This document shows, piece after piece, positions 8,972-18,432 of a stretch of DNA of 64,000 nt. This DNA is from a phage. The stretch lies in the sequence record PZ019086.1, one strand, 5' to 3'. The notes under the pieces are model-generated. The model saw nothing but the letters and a program-made list of their open reading frames with translations. It did no database searches and was not told the DNA's origin. Numbering within the stretch: the first letter of the stretch is position 1; each line of letters opens with the position of its first letter. Made by a program: the position numbers and the translations under genes.

Positions 8972-9529
8972 TTAAATGGAAAGATACCATCCGTTGTAGT
9001 TGCTTTTTCTTACAACTTTACGAAGGTCTTCTCTATCACCGATGAACTTCGGAGTGTACTGGATGACACCTGGATGAATTTCTTTAGTGTTGAATATAAT
9101 TATACAGTCAGCGACCTGATGATTCAGAATGGGCCCTAGATTTATTCCAGAACCGTATGGATACTCTCCGCTGCATCCGGTTGTTACCGAAATCCAGCGT
9201 GAGTCAGTTTGGTGTGTTTTGACTTCTACACGAAGCCCGCAATATCTTGGATGCGCCAATACATCCCATGCGTATGTATACGGGTCATTAACATCCTCTT
9301 GGCCTTTGTTAACATACCCGCTCAGCCAATCTGCTACAAAAAACTCTGCATACACAGCGATACGGCATCTTTCGATGACTTCTGCTTTATCCTGATTAGG
9401 ATTTTGTTTTAAAGAGTATCTTGCTGTATCAGCAATTTTGACCTTCATTTCACTAGTCAAATCATTGTTCGATAGGGTAAATGTTGGAATCTGAAATAGT
9501 CTCTGTAAACCCGGATTCGTTTTCTGCAT
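8972..9529 (-). CDS. denB: Endonuclease IV DenB
   Basis: 185 aa, same length and position (before rIIB) as T4 DenB. Confidence 0.8.
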   Translation of the reverse strand: MQKTNPGLQRLFQIPTFTLSNNDLTSEMKVKIADTARYSLKQNPNQDKAEVIERCRIAVYAEFFVADWLSGYVNKGQEDVNDPYTYAWDVLAHPRYCGLRVEVKTHQTDSRWISVTTGCSGEYPYGSGINLGPILNHQVADCIIIFNTKEIHPGVIQYTPKFIGDREDLRKVVRKSNYNGWYLSI

Positions 9530-9597
9530 TAAACTTTCCTTTTACGACGGAATCACTGATATTCATACAATAAATCATAGTTTCCCTTAAAACAAAA

Positions 9598-9609
9598 GGG
9601 CCGAAGCCC
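9598..9609 (-). terminator. Tetraloop hairpin terminator (GGGCUUCGGCCC)
   Basis: GGGCCGAAGCCC palindrome plus U tract on minus strand. Confidence 0.55.
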
Positions 9610-9615
9610 TTTATT

Positions 9616-9810
9616 TTATTTGAATTGTGCAATTCTTTTCTCTAAACAATCTGCGTAAGATTTCATTGAAATAAACTGCGAAAGTAACAGTTCTTGCTCA
9701 ACTGCATTAACCGTTGAAAACTTTTCACTTTCTAAAAATTTGCTCAGTGCATTAATTTTGAGCATTAATTGATCGTATTCTTCTTTTACTCGTGCTTGAT
9801 AACCTAACAT
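9616..9810 (-). CDS. Hypothetical protein (64 aa, denB.1 position)
   Basis: Small ORF between denB and rIIB, flanked by tetraloop hairpins. Confidence 0.45.
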   Translation of the reverse strand: MLGYQARVKEEYDQLMLKINALSKFLESEKFSTVNAVEQELLLSQFISMKSYADCLEKRIAQFK

Positions 9811-9826
9811 AATTTTCCTCAGTTAA

Positions 9827-9838
9827 GGGCCGAAGCCC
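9827..9838 (-). terminator. Tetraloop hairpin immediately after rIIB stop
   Basis: GGGCCGAAGCCC; weak U tract, may be a partial terminator or RNA stability element. Confidence 0.4.
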
Positions 9839-10777
9839 TTATTTAAATTGTTCAGTAACGTCTTCAACTACTTCGTATTGGCAGGTACGCATTTTAGCAT
9901 CGTTGTAATCAATCGGAATTGATACTACATCACGCGGATGCACTTTAACTTTTACAACTCGGCTGGTTGAACTGCCAAAGTGACGAATATAAGATTTAGA
10001 ACACACATGCAGACCACGAGAACAAGTTTGTGTATCATCGTCATTCACACGAGTACGTGGCATTTTAACTACTTTACCAGGACTGTTATCAAAGGTATTT
10101 GAATGACAGTCAAAGTAATTACTGCGAACTACTTTCCAAGCATAGAAGTAACCGTCTTCAGTAATTTCAATATCGTTTGCTACCAAGAAATCAAAGAGTC
10201 GAGATACCGCTTTTTGGCTCGGGTTTTCCAACAGATTTTCCAAGAACGGAAAATAAAATTCAAAGTTTTCACCTTTTTCCATCGAATCGAGAATACGATC
10301 AACTAAACCAGACCGCAATTCAATATTTTGATAGAACAAGCTTCCACCTTCAATTCGAACATCACCGGAAATATATTTTTCAACAGCGCGACGAACGTTA
10401 ATTTTTTGTGCCGCTTCTTCCAATTTATCTGCAACAAGCAGGTTAAGAATTTCCTGGAAGTTTGAATGAGTATTAGGAGTTGCGTTATAAGTTACGCCGT
10501 CAACAGTAATTGAAATGAATTTTTTAGATGCATTCCAAATAATGTCAGATTTAGCAACTGGAGCGATAGCTGTATCGCTATTAACTTTAACTGTAATGTC
10601 ACCGCTAATGGTAACTTTGGAGCGCTCAGCTTCTTCAGCATTTTTCAAAACACGACGGATTGTGTCCACCGATACACCTTGCCAATCAGCCAATTCCTGT
10701 TGGGTGTAATTACCACTTGAATACAGTTTGACAATTTCAGCTTGTTCGTTTTTGGTCAGGCATTTAATATTGTACAT
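9839..10777 (-). CDS. rIIB: rIIB protein
   Basis: 312 aa, same length and position as T4 rIIB. Confidence 0.85.
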   Translation of the reverse strand: MYNIKCLTKNEQAEIVKLYSSGNYTQQELADWQGVSVDTIRRVLKNAEEAERSKVTISGDITVKVNSDTAIAPVAKSDIIWNASKKFISITVDGVTYNATPNTHSNFQEILNLLVADKLEEAAQKINVRRAVEKYISGDVRIEGGSLFYQNIELRSGLVDRILDSMEKGENFEFYFPFLENLLENPSQKAVSRLFDFLVANDIEITEDGYFYAWKVVRSNYFDCHSNTFDNSPGKVVKMPRTRVNDDDTQTCSRGLHVCSKSYIRHFGSSTSRVVKVKVHPRDVVSIPIDYNDAKMRTCQYEVVEDVTEQFK

Positions 10778-10788
10778 AATTTTCCTTA

Positions 10789-12966
10789 TTAGGCCGCAAG
10801 GGCCTTCATAGTTTTAGCGATTTGGGAAACTTCATCATCACTTAAAGAATTGCGATAACCGATGAAGTCGGAAACAATACGGAATTTCTTGGTAAACTCA
10901 GCAACCATTTTATCACTGTTTTTTAAAGCATTACGTGATAATTCATCAAAAAGATTAGTTACGGTCCAGATGTCATGACCGATGGTATCTTTTCCACCAT
11001 TGAAATATACACCCCGCAATGAACTAACCATATTACCAAGGCGAGTATATTCTTCGGAAACTTCATCTGTACTGAAATATTTCATCATAAAATTAAGTTC
11101 AGGATACTTAATAATTTTATCAATATATCGCTGAGCTGAACTTGAATAACCTACATACTTATCATAATCTACATCGTCAAAAGCATCTACATATAAATCA
11201 CGCAGAGTTTCAAAAATACATTGGCACTGACCAAGTTCTTTTACCTTTTTCTGTAAAAGTGGACGAATAACATAAAATTCATTAATGCCAATAAGATTAG
11301 CCATACGGGTCAAAATACTCGTAGATGGATTACAAAGCGATGTAGTACCATCCATAGAGAAAATATCAGAACGATGCATGTATGCTACATAACCAGTAAT
11401 TTCATCCGCTTCTGATGTGAGTGTAAGCAGTTCCTCTTTTTCCCAGCGTCCGTCTTTAATTTCAAACTTAAATGCAGTAGCAGCTTTAGGACGAGGAGCT
11501 GCGCTTTTTACCACCTTTGGAATATAACTTTTAACTAAAGCTTCGATTTCTGACAAATAATGAATGTTAACTTCATCACTTTCAAACATTGCCATAATAT
11601 CAGGGAGTAAATCAATCTGCGATTCTACTTCCGGATTAATAAACAGAAGACGCTCATTGTGATGAATATTTAAGGTGTTATTGAATTCACTATCATCTAA
11701 TGCACGTGCTAATCCACGGACAATATTAACACGATTTTTAATATTATCAATAACAATATTAATTTTTGTCGTATTAATACCAAACAGACGATAGCTTGAT
11801 GCAACGGCTGAAGTTTCATGGCTTTGCTTAATGCGTTTCAGTCGAGGGTCAAGATTTACTTCATACACAACCCCTGCATTGCATAGCTTACTATCTGGTT
11901 CAAACATGCTTTGCATCTTCTTATATGACAGATTTTTAGTCGTGAATTTGACTGAATTACTAATCATATAATCTCGAGCAGAATATCCCATCTTCATCAA
12001 TTCACGGTATGTATGACGAGGAGATGTAGATTCTTTAAATCGTTTTACATCTTCATTGAATGCCTTCTCACTAAGCTCTTTAACACGCTCAATAATATTT
12101 TTACGAGTACGATCATCTAGTGAAAGAGCCTCACGCGATGGAGCAATATCAAGTGAACCCATTGGAAACTTAATATAATTCACTTCATTGCGGATGCTTA
12201 ACCAGTTACGATCTCTAATAACACCTTCGATAGGATAAACAATACCGCCATAGATAGCATACAATCCACCACGATCTGGCCAGTATCTTTCTGGATTTAC
12301 GCCGTAATAGTCATCAAAATCCGGAAAATAATCAATTTCGCGGTCAAGACCATTAATGATAGCCAAATCTTTGAATGGTCGCATGATATAAGAAACTTCA
12401 TAAGCAAAGTTTCTAAAGTCTTTTTCTTCAACTGGAACTACAATTTCAATACCAGTTTTATCATCTGGACCCATTTCTTTTACGAATGTAGGTTTAATCT
12501 GCGGACCATCACCATCCATGTAAGCTACATAACCACGAATTTCGCCTTTATGATATGAAGTAATACTAAATGTATCAGTATAACTAAACGGAGATTTAGA
12601 ACCTAAACCAAATCCACCAATGAAATCGTTAGATTCAGCCTTAGATGAACTAAAGTATGAATTATACAACCCAGGAGAATTATCATCACCTTGAATATCA
12701 AAATCGCTCATACCCGGACCAAAATCTCGGCAAACAAATCGCGGATCTAATCGTCCTGGAACTTGAATAATAAATTTTTCAGGATTTCCATTGAGAGCAT
12801 GGGCATCAATCATGTTGGTAATCAATTCACGGACTACTGCGCGAATCTTGTTTGTATACAAATCAGATGACAGAATTTTGAATACTTTAGGAGATGCTGT
12901 GATGCTAAATGCTTTTGATTTAGAACCATTACCAAGAATTGTTTCTTTTTCAGTGGTGATAATCAT
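10789..12966 (-). CDS. rIIA: rIIA protein (GHKL-type ATPase fold N-terminus)
   Basis: 725 aa, same as T4 rIIA; ELITNMIDA...DFGPGMSD motifs. Confidence 0.9.
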   Translation of the reverse strand: MIITTEKETILGNGSKSKAFSITASPKVFKILSSDLYTNKIRAVVRELITNMIDAHALNGNPEKFIIQVPGRLDPRFVCRDFGPGMSDFDIQGDDNSPGLYNSYFSSSKAESNDFIGGFGLGSKSPFSYTDTFSITSYHKGEIRGYVAYMDGDGPQIKPTFVKEMGPDDKTGIEIVVPVEEKDFRNFAYEVSYIMRPFKDLAIINGLDREIDYFPDFDDYYGVNPERYWPDRGGLYAIYGGIVYPIEGVIRDRNWLSIRNEVNYIKFPMGSLDIAPSREALSLDDRTRKNIIERVKELSEKAFNEDVKRFKESTSPRHTYRELMKMGYSARDYMISNSVKFTTKNLSYKKMQSMFEPDSKLCNAGVVYEVNLDPRLKRIKQSHETSAVASSYRLFGINTTKINIVIDNIKNRVNIVRGLARALDDSEFNNTLNIHHNERLLFINPEVESQIDLLPDIMAMFESDEVNIHYLSEIEALVKSYIPKVVKSAAPRPKAATAFKFEIKDGRWEKEELLTLTSEADEITGYVAYMHRSDIFSMDGTTSLCNPSTSILTRMANLIGINEFYVIRPLLQKKVKELGQCQCIFETLRDLYVDAFDDVDYDKYVGYSSSAQRYIDKIIKYPELNFMMKYFSTDEVSEEYTRLGNMVSSLRGVYFNGGKDTIGHDIWTVTNLFDELSRNALKNSDKMVAEFTKKFRIVSDFIGYRNSLSDDEVSQIAKTMKALAA

Positions 12967-12976
12967 AATTTCCTCA

Positions 12977-13180
12977 TTAATTCATATTGCGTTTAATAAC
13001 TTCAGCAACTTCTAGTAGTTCATCTTTAGTTGCAGTGTCGGATTGAATTTTATCTCTAATATCCTTAAAGCGGTTTTTAAACTCTTCGGCTTCTCCCATA
13101 TCGAAAAAGCGTTGAATGATTCTATATTCTCGATGAACTGCTTTATCAAAAAGTTCTAAATTTACTTTATATGATTTCAT
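12977..13180 (-). CDS. Hypothetical protein (67 aa, rIIA.1 position)
   Basis: Small ORF downstream of consensus early promoter at 13206..13235. Confidence 0.5.
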   Translation of the reverse strand: MKSYKVNLELFDKAVHREYRIIQRFFDMGEAEEFKNRFKDIRDKIQSDTATKDELLEVAEVIKRNMN

Positions 13181-13205
13181 TTCAATATCCTCATTTGCCC
13201 AATTA

Positions 13206-13235
13206 ATTATACCACATCCTTGTGGTAAAGTAAAC
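13206..13235 (-). promoter_or_regulatory. T4-type early promoter (consensus -10) with palindromic spacer, upstream of rIIA.1
   Basis: GTTTAC / spacer containing CCACAAGGATGTGG / TATAAT on minus strand. Confidence 0.6.
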
Positions 13236-15055
13236 TATTGGCTCATCCATTCTTTACGAAGGTCAGCATTATCTCCCATGAGCATTTCAAAAAGCTCTTT
13301 CCAGTTCTCAGGAAGTTTAACAACATCATATACTGGGTTTTGAATCATCTCACGATATTCAGATTTTTCCAAAGAGCCAAGTCCCTTAATATAACGGATG
13401 CTATGTTTAGGTAGAGCATCTTTGGCACTCTCATATTCAGCGACTGTATAAAACCATTCTTGTTTTTTACCGACCTGAGCGATGATTACAGGAGTTTTGA
13501 CAAAGCGAATTCTTCCTTGTTCAAACAGTTCTGGCCAATTACTAAAAAATCCGAGCAGAGAAGGATAAATGCTTCCTAGACCATCATGGTCAGCATCGGT
13601 CATAATAGCAATATTATGATAATTCAAGTTTTCAGCCTTTTCACCAAGAACTAATCCAGTGATTGCGCAAATATCAAACAGTTCTTTGTTTTTAAGCATA
13701 TCAGCATATGACATACCCCAACTGTTGAGAACTTTACCACGTAATGGATAACCGCCATGAAGTTCTTTATCACGAACATCAATAAGATATCCGATAGCAG
13801 AATCACCCTCAGTCAAGAAAAGAGTAGTGTCAGCGTCTTTACCGCAAAGATTCGCTTTAATATGTTTATGAACCTTAGCTTTAGAAGCCTTTTTAGCTGC
13901 TTTAGTTTCTGCTGCCTTTTCTGCCGCCAATTTACGAGCCAAAGCAGCTTCAATAATTGGCATTAAAATTGCTTCATTATTTAAAATAGCACGTGAAATC
14001 TTTTTAGCATCAAGCTGAATATGACTACGAATTTCACCAAATGGAGAAGTCAAACGCTCTTTAGTCTGAGAATCAAATCGCATGTTTTTCATATCACGAA
14101 CAAACATAACGATAGTCAAACATTCTTTAACCCGTGCTTTAGTTACATCAATTTTGAACTTACGTTTGATTTGTGGAATAAGGTCTTCACAAATATCATC
14201 CATAACGCAGTCAATGTGATGGCCGCCATTCTTAGTATGAATGTTATTAACGTATGTTAATTGACGAAAACCATCCGGTGAACGACCAATCGCAATAGAA
14301 CAATTTTCTTGTTCTTGAACGATAGCATGCTCATCATATTGGCGTGCGTATTTCTTAAAATTGCCCTGAACCTTTTTACCATTAAAGGTAAATTGAATAT
14401 CAGGATAAACTACTGCAAGTGTCTGGAGACGATCTAGCGTAATGTCAAGATAAACTTGAGATAGCTCATTAGTTTCAAATGACATAAAATCAGGAATGAA
14501 AGTAACACGTGTTCCTTTCCATTTTCCAGGAATAGTTTCCCATGATTTATTTTCCATGCCATTTGAACAACGAACTACAATATTATTTTGACCGTCGCCA
14601 GTTTCACCGACAAACGTCACAGAAAAAATGTTAGTTAAACTAGAACCAACACCGTTCATACCACCAGTGACGCGTTCTTTGTCATCACCGAAGTTACCAC
14701 CTGCCTTTGGAATAGTCCAGGCAGCAACAGGACCAGGAATTTCTTCACCAGTAGGTGTTTTAACCATCGCTTGCGGAATACCACGACCGTTATCTTCAAC
14801 TGTTACTTGATTGTTTTTAATGGTAACATTAATTTTATTTGCGAATTTAAACTTAGTACGAATACCTTCATCTACTGAGTTATCGATAATTTCATCAATA
14901 AGCTTAACAAGACCAGGTACATACTGAACACTTTCCCATTTACCAAACAGAAAGCGCTCATGCATTTCATTAGCAGAAGAGCCAATATACATGCCGCTAC
15001 GCTTTTTGATATGTTCAATATCGCTCAGAATTTTAATTTCATTCTTAATCATCAC
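13235..15055 (-). CDS. 39: DNA topoisomerase II large subunit gp39, uninterrupted (GyrB-like ATPase plus Toprim in one ORF)
   Basis: 606 aa; GHKL motif (IDNSVDEG...DNGRGIP) and Toprim (LFLTEGDSA); T4 splits this into 39 plus 60. Confidence 0.9.
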   Translation of the reverse strand: MMIKNEIKILSDIEHIKKRSGMYIGSSANEMHERFLFGKWESVQYVPGLVKLIDEIIDNSVDEGIRTKFKFANKINVTIKNNQVTVEDNGRGIPQAMVKTPTGEEIPGPVAAWTIPKAGGNFGDDKERVTGGMNGVGSSLTNIFSVTFVGETGDGQNNIVVRCSNGMENKSWETIPGKWKGTRVTFIPDFMSFETNELSQVYLDITLDRLQTLAVVYPDIQFTFNGKKVQGNFKKYARQYDEHAIVQEQENCSIAIGRSPDGFRQLTYVNNIHTKNGGHHIDCVMDDICEDLIPQIKRKFKIDVTKARVKECLTIVMFVRDMKNMRFDSQTKERLTSPFGEIRSHIQLDAKKISRAILNNEAILMPIIEAALARKLAAEKAAETKAAKKASKAKVHKHIKANLCGKDADTTLFLTEGDSAIGYLIDVRDKELHGGYPLRGKVLNSWGMSYADMLKNKELFDICAITGLVLGEKAENLNYHNIAIMTDADHDGLGSIYPSLLGFFSNWPELFEQGRIRFVKTPVIIAQVGKKQEWFYTVAEYESAKDALPKHSIRYIKGLGSLEKSEYREMIQNPVYDVVKLPENWKELFEMLMGDNADLRKEWMSQ

Positions 15056-15106
15056 TTATCCTCGTTTGGTTTCGGGAATATTATACTCCGGTAATCATAA
15101 AGCTAA

Positions 15107-15120
15107 AGGCCCGAAGGCCT
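15107..15120 (-). terminator. Tetraloop hairpin terminator
   Basis: AGGCCCGAAGGCCT with flanking T/A-rich runs. Confidence 0.5.
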
Positions 15121-15121
15121 T

Positions 15122-15391
15122 TTATTTAAAACGGATAGTCGAATCCTTGAAGAATAGACCAGAACATACAGTTCCTTCTACTTTCTGCCCAGTAGGTCCA
15201 ATAGCACGAAATCCAGTATGTTGGAAATCATTTTCAGAGCAACCGAACCAATTGTATCCAGTGATTTCAATATTAGTAAACCCACTTGAAGACAAAACTT
15301 TGGTTGCATTATCAGCATCAGTACATCCTGCTAAAGACACTGCTAATACTAATGCCGCGATAGAACGATTAATATATTTCATAATTTTCAC
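15122..15391 (-). CDS. Putative lipoprotein (89 aa)
   Basis: Signal peptide with lipobox (LAGC). Confidence 0.5.
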   Translation of the reverse strand: MKIMKYINRSIAALVLAVSLAGCTDADNATKVLSSSGFTNIEITGYNWFGCSENDFQHTGFRAIGPTGQKVEGTVCSGLFFKDSTIRFK

Positions 15392-15759
15392 TCAAATTTA
15401 ATGGCTTGAAGAAGACTAATAATTCTCAAGCGACTTCTTTCATCTTTAACCGTAAATGAAAGAGGGTCACCAGATTTCATAGTAATAGTACATTCAAAAT
15501 CAAAATCTTCGGAAACTTCTTTGAAGAAGTCAAATTCTTCATCATAAATTAAAACATTACTCTGACAACTATGAAGAATTTTTCCATCATTTCCAGATGC
15601 TGTACTAATCATCGTAACATTATTACCTTTCATATCTTCAACGATAAATTCGCTTGTAGATATTACGGCATTAATAGAACCATTCCTATAAATAGAAGAA
15701 AGTAGATATTTCTTTTCTTCACCTTCGCGAATGCGATATTTCTTACCAATTTTAAACAT
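15388..15759 (-). CDS. Hypothetical protein (123 aa)
   Basis: ORF with ATGA overlap to neighbour. Confidence 0.45.
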   Translation of the reverse strand: MFKIGKKYRIREGEEKKYLLSSIYRNGSINAVISTSEFIVEDMKGNNVTMISTASGNDGKILHSCQSNVLIYDEEFDFFKEVSEDFDFECTITMKSGDPLSFTVKDERSRLRIISLLQAIKFE

Positions 15760-15761
15760 AA

Positions 15762-15938
15762 TTACCCTTTAAGTAAGTCGTAAAAACCACCATTCACATG
15801 CTTAGGAGCGGAAACTAACCGAATAGCAATCCGATGACAATCAGGACATACATCAGTATCCCTTTCAGAAATTTTCTTGATTTTTTCGTATTCTTTTGCA
15901 CAGTCTTTAGATTGACATTTATAATCATAAAGCGGCAT
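15762..15938 (-). CDS. FmdB-like zinc-ribbon protein (58 aa), not in ORF track
   Basis: Manual translation MPLYDYKCQSKDCAKEYEKIKKISERDTDVCPDCHRIAIRL...; two CxxC pairs and the MP-YDY-C N-terminus typical of FmdB-type zinc ribbons. Confidence 0.45.
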   Translation of the reverse strand: MPLYDYKCQSKDCAKEYEKIKKISERDTDVCPDCHRIAIRLVSAPKHVNGGFYDLLKG

Positions 15939-15940
15939 AA

Positions 15941-16360
15941 TTATTCCTTAAAGTGAGCTTTCAACATCTGATACAAAGACCACGCCTGTTCATTATTTTC
16001 AATAGTAACTTTCATGACAGGAAATTCTGTGAAATCTTCTATTTGTTCTTGCTCTTCCTGCTCTTGCTCTTCAGATGCCTGATATGGATTTTCAACTTCA
16101 TCAAAGAACTCAGCTTCGTTAGTAGAAAGCCAGATAAAGTTTTCATCAAGGATATCACCATGTTTTGCATATCCAATTGTGCCAGTAAATGACATAATTT
16201 TAGTAGGACGACCAAGATGGTCAGCATCTAAAATTTTAAAAGGATGCATACCTAAACGGCGTGCATAGATTCCGTTATCAGTATGGTCTTTAATAAAATT
16301 TTCTTGAGCTTGTTTATTTTTAAATTGATACCATTTATTAACTTCAAATTTAATAGCCAT
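15941..16360 (-). CDS. Hypothetical protein (139 aa), possibly goF-equivalent by position
   Basis: Lies immediately upstream-adjacent to cef; acidic EQEQEEQEQ stretch. Confidence 0.4.
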   Translation of the reverse strand: MAIKFEVNKWYQFKNKQAQENFIKDHTDNGIYARRLGMHPFKILDADHLGRPTKIMSFTGTIGYAKHGDILDENFIWLSTNEAEFFDEVENPYQASEEQEQEEQEQIEDFTEFPVMKVTIENNEQAWSLYQMLKAHFKE

Positions 16361-16575
16361 TAATAAATTTCCTTCCAGTAAGTTGTACCGTCTTCAGTGA
16401 TTTCACGGAATACACCGTAAATTGGTTGTTTATCACCAACCTTTTCATACACATAAACCGAAGTCAAGTGAGTAAACTTAACGGTATGTTCCTTTTGAAC
16501 TACTACCAAATCTGGATCGAATAACACATCTTCAAATTCGTCATTAGTGCAGTTCTGAACAATTTTACGTTTCAT
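16360..16575 (-). CDS. cef: Cef (tRNA processing modifier)
   Basis: 71 aa, same length as T4 Cef and expected position. Confidence 0.55.
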   Translation of the reverse strand: MKRKIVQNCTNDEFEDVLFDPDLVVVQKEHTVKFTHLTSVYVYEKVGDKQPIYGVFREITEDGTTYWKEIY

Positions 16576-16749
16576 TACAATTTCCTCATTAATTGAACAT
16601 TGGAGCGATGCGTTTCAGAAGAGTGGCAGCACCTTTGGCAAATTTTCCATTTTATTCTCCAAGTTATTTTCTGTATCAGTAGTTGATATTGATATAGTAC
16701 CATAATCAACTACTGATGTATATAGTTTTATGAAAAAAAAAATTAAACT

Positions 16750-17247
16750 TTATGCACAGCGAGCTTTGCTATAGTGTTTAATCCAACTTTCAGGAATGAC
16801 TTTGTATGTTCCTAAAAATACTGCGTTGTACAACTTAACGCCATCTTCTACCCACTGATCGGTAATGTATGCACACATAGCGCGAGTACGATGTTTTTGA
16901 ACAACCCCTTCTTCGTCTTCGGTAAATTCAAATTCATAAGGAGCGACGAACTTAATAGCTTGACCGAGTTTCCACTTAAAGTCTACACCTACATGCGAAG
17001 TATCAATCGTTTCAATTCCTTTAGCAGGAACAGCTTTCAAAAACGCAGACTCAAGAAATTTCGCACGAACATAGCCAAACTGGGGTTTAGACTTTCCATC
17101 TTTAGGAATGATACGCACTTTTACTTCAGAATCTTCATCTTTAACACCGTGTTTAAGCTGAATGCTTACAATTTCAACCAATTTTCCTGCTGCTTTAGAA
17201 CGGGATTTATCAGATACACGAGCAATTTCACCAATATTAATAATCAT
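16750..17247 (-). CDS. Hypothetical protein (165 aa), paralog of next ORF
   Basis: Shares C-terminal motif ITDQWVEDGVKLYNAVF with 17324..17866. Confidence 0.5.
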   Translation of the reverse strand: MIINIGEIARVSDKSRSKAAGKLVEIVSIQLKHGVKDEDSEVKVRIIPKDGKSKPQFGYVRAKFLESAFLKAVPAKGIETIDTSHVGVDFKWKLGQAIKFVAPYEFEFTEDEEGVVQKHRTRAMCAYITDQWVEDGVKLYNAVFLGTYKVIPESWIKHYSKARCA

Positions 17248-17323
17248 AGTTATCTCTCACTTGTTAAAAAGATTTTATACTCCGCGGGACCATTATACTC
17301 TGGTCCCAAGAGTTTGTAAACTA

Positions 17324-17866
17324 TTAATTCAAAATAGCTACCACCGCACTACGAGGTACTACACTAAAATCACCTGCATGAACAACGTTCAGAAGTTCAA
17401 CACCATCTTCAATCCACTGGTCTGTTACCCAACCACAGACCGAAATAAATGGGGTCTTAATAGCTACTGCACGAGTTAGAAGGTCGGTAGGGTCTTGTTC
17501 TTCAACTTCTTGGAACAGGATGAACTCTGCTTCATAAACCAGGATTTTCTCTATTTTGTTATTGTCTAAACGACGACCGTGGACAATATAAGATTTAGTA
17601 AACCATTTACTTTTTTCAAAGTCTTCAACAGTAAATTCGCCTTCGCCAAAAACATCAGTCAAAATTTTATGGCCGGAAATCAAGGCATTAGTTTTAATTT
17701 CAGGTTCAACCAGTTTGTAGGTTTTGCCGATTTCAATAGCAGTAGTCATAGTAGGTTCCTTAATTTCCAGTGGTTTAACAGGGCATACATAAGTGCTTAC
17801 AACATCAAAATCAATCAGTTTAGCTACCGGATTTGGTGTGTATTCAGGATTATAATTAAATTTCAT
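17324..17866 (-). CDS. Hypothetical protein (180 aa), paralog of previous ORF
   Basis: C-terminal VTDQWIEDGVELLNVVH motif shared with 16750..17247. Confidence 0.5.
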   Translation of the reverse strand: MKFNYNPEYTPNPVAKLIDFDVVSTYVCPVKPLEIKEPTMTTAIEIGKTYKLVEPEIKTNALISGHKILTDVFGEGEFTVEDFEKSKWFTKSYIVHGRRLDNNKIEKILVYEAEFILFQEVEEQDPTDLLTRAVAIKTPFISVCGWVTDQWIEDGVELLNVVHAGDFSVVPRSAVVAILN

Positions 17867-17868
17867 AA

Positions 17869-18369
17869 TTATCTCATTTCAATAAAATCTACAAGTTCAG
17901 CATGGGATTTACGGAACATTACTTGGTGCCCGCCAATGATAACTTCATCTTCAGGAACTTCGTATACAGCGAGATAAAATCCTTTAGAAGATAATTCTTC
18001 CCGCTCTTCTCGTGTGAACCATCTCATCATATCATATTCACTAGCGAAAGCAAAATGATAAAGAGCTATAAACCATCCTGGAATATGATATTCTACTCCA
18101 ACATAATCTTTCTTGAACTTAGTATTAATTACTATATTAGCGTTTTTAACTAATAGTTTATCTTCATGTGGTACAGGAATTCTTTTATTATCATCGCTAT
18201 GATGCATAAAATTAGGTCTACTATAACCTACACGTAATAGCCACTCTTCGCTCCATGAATCTATTATACTCCTGTACGGCGTTATTTGAACACAAAGATT
18301 TCGACGTATTGTTATAGCATCTTCATAATTAAGAATACTAAAAGATGATTCAACACGATAAATTTTCAT
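17869..18369 (-). CDS. Hypothetical protein (~166 aa), possibly MotB-equivalent by position; track ORF start at 18408 is over-extended
   Basis: Early promoter -10 at 18397..18402 lies downstream of the track ATG; internal Met at 18369 has SD GAGGA. Confidence 0.35.
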   Translation of the reverse strand: MKIYRVESSFSILNYEDAITIRRNLCVQITPYRSIIDSWSEEWLLRVGYSRPNFMHHSDDNKRIPVPHEDKLLVKNANIVINTKFKKDYVGVEYHIPGWFIALYHFAFASEYDMMRWFTREEREELSSKGFYLAVYEVPEDEVIIGGHQVMFRKSHAELVDFIEMR

Positions 18370-18396
18370 TTTATTATCCTCAGTAGCTATGGTGTT

Positions 18397-18426
18397 ATAA
18401 TACCACAACTAACCGAGGAAGTAAAC
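18397..18426 (-). promoter_or_regulatory. T4-type early promoter
   Basis: GTTTAC / 18 nt / TGG-TATTAT on minus strand. Confidence 0.5.
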
Positions 18427-18432
18427 AACTTT

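Noticed and set aside
9129-9412. Plus-strand ORFs 9129..9395 and 9209..9412
   Set aside because: Embedded antisense within denB
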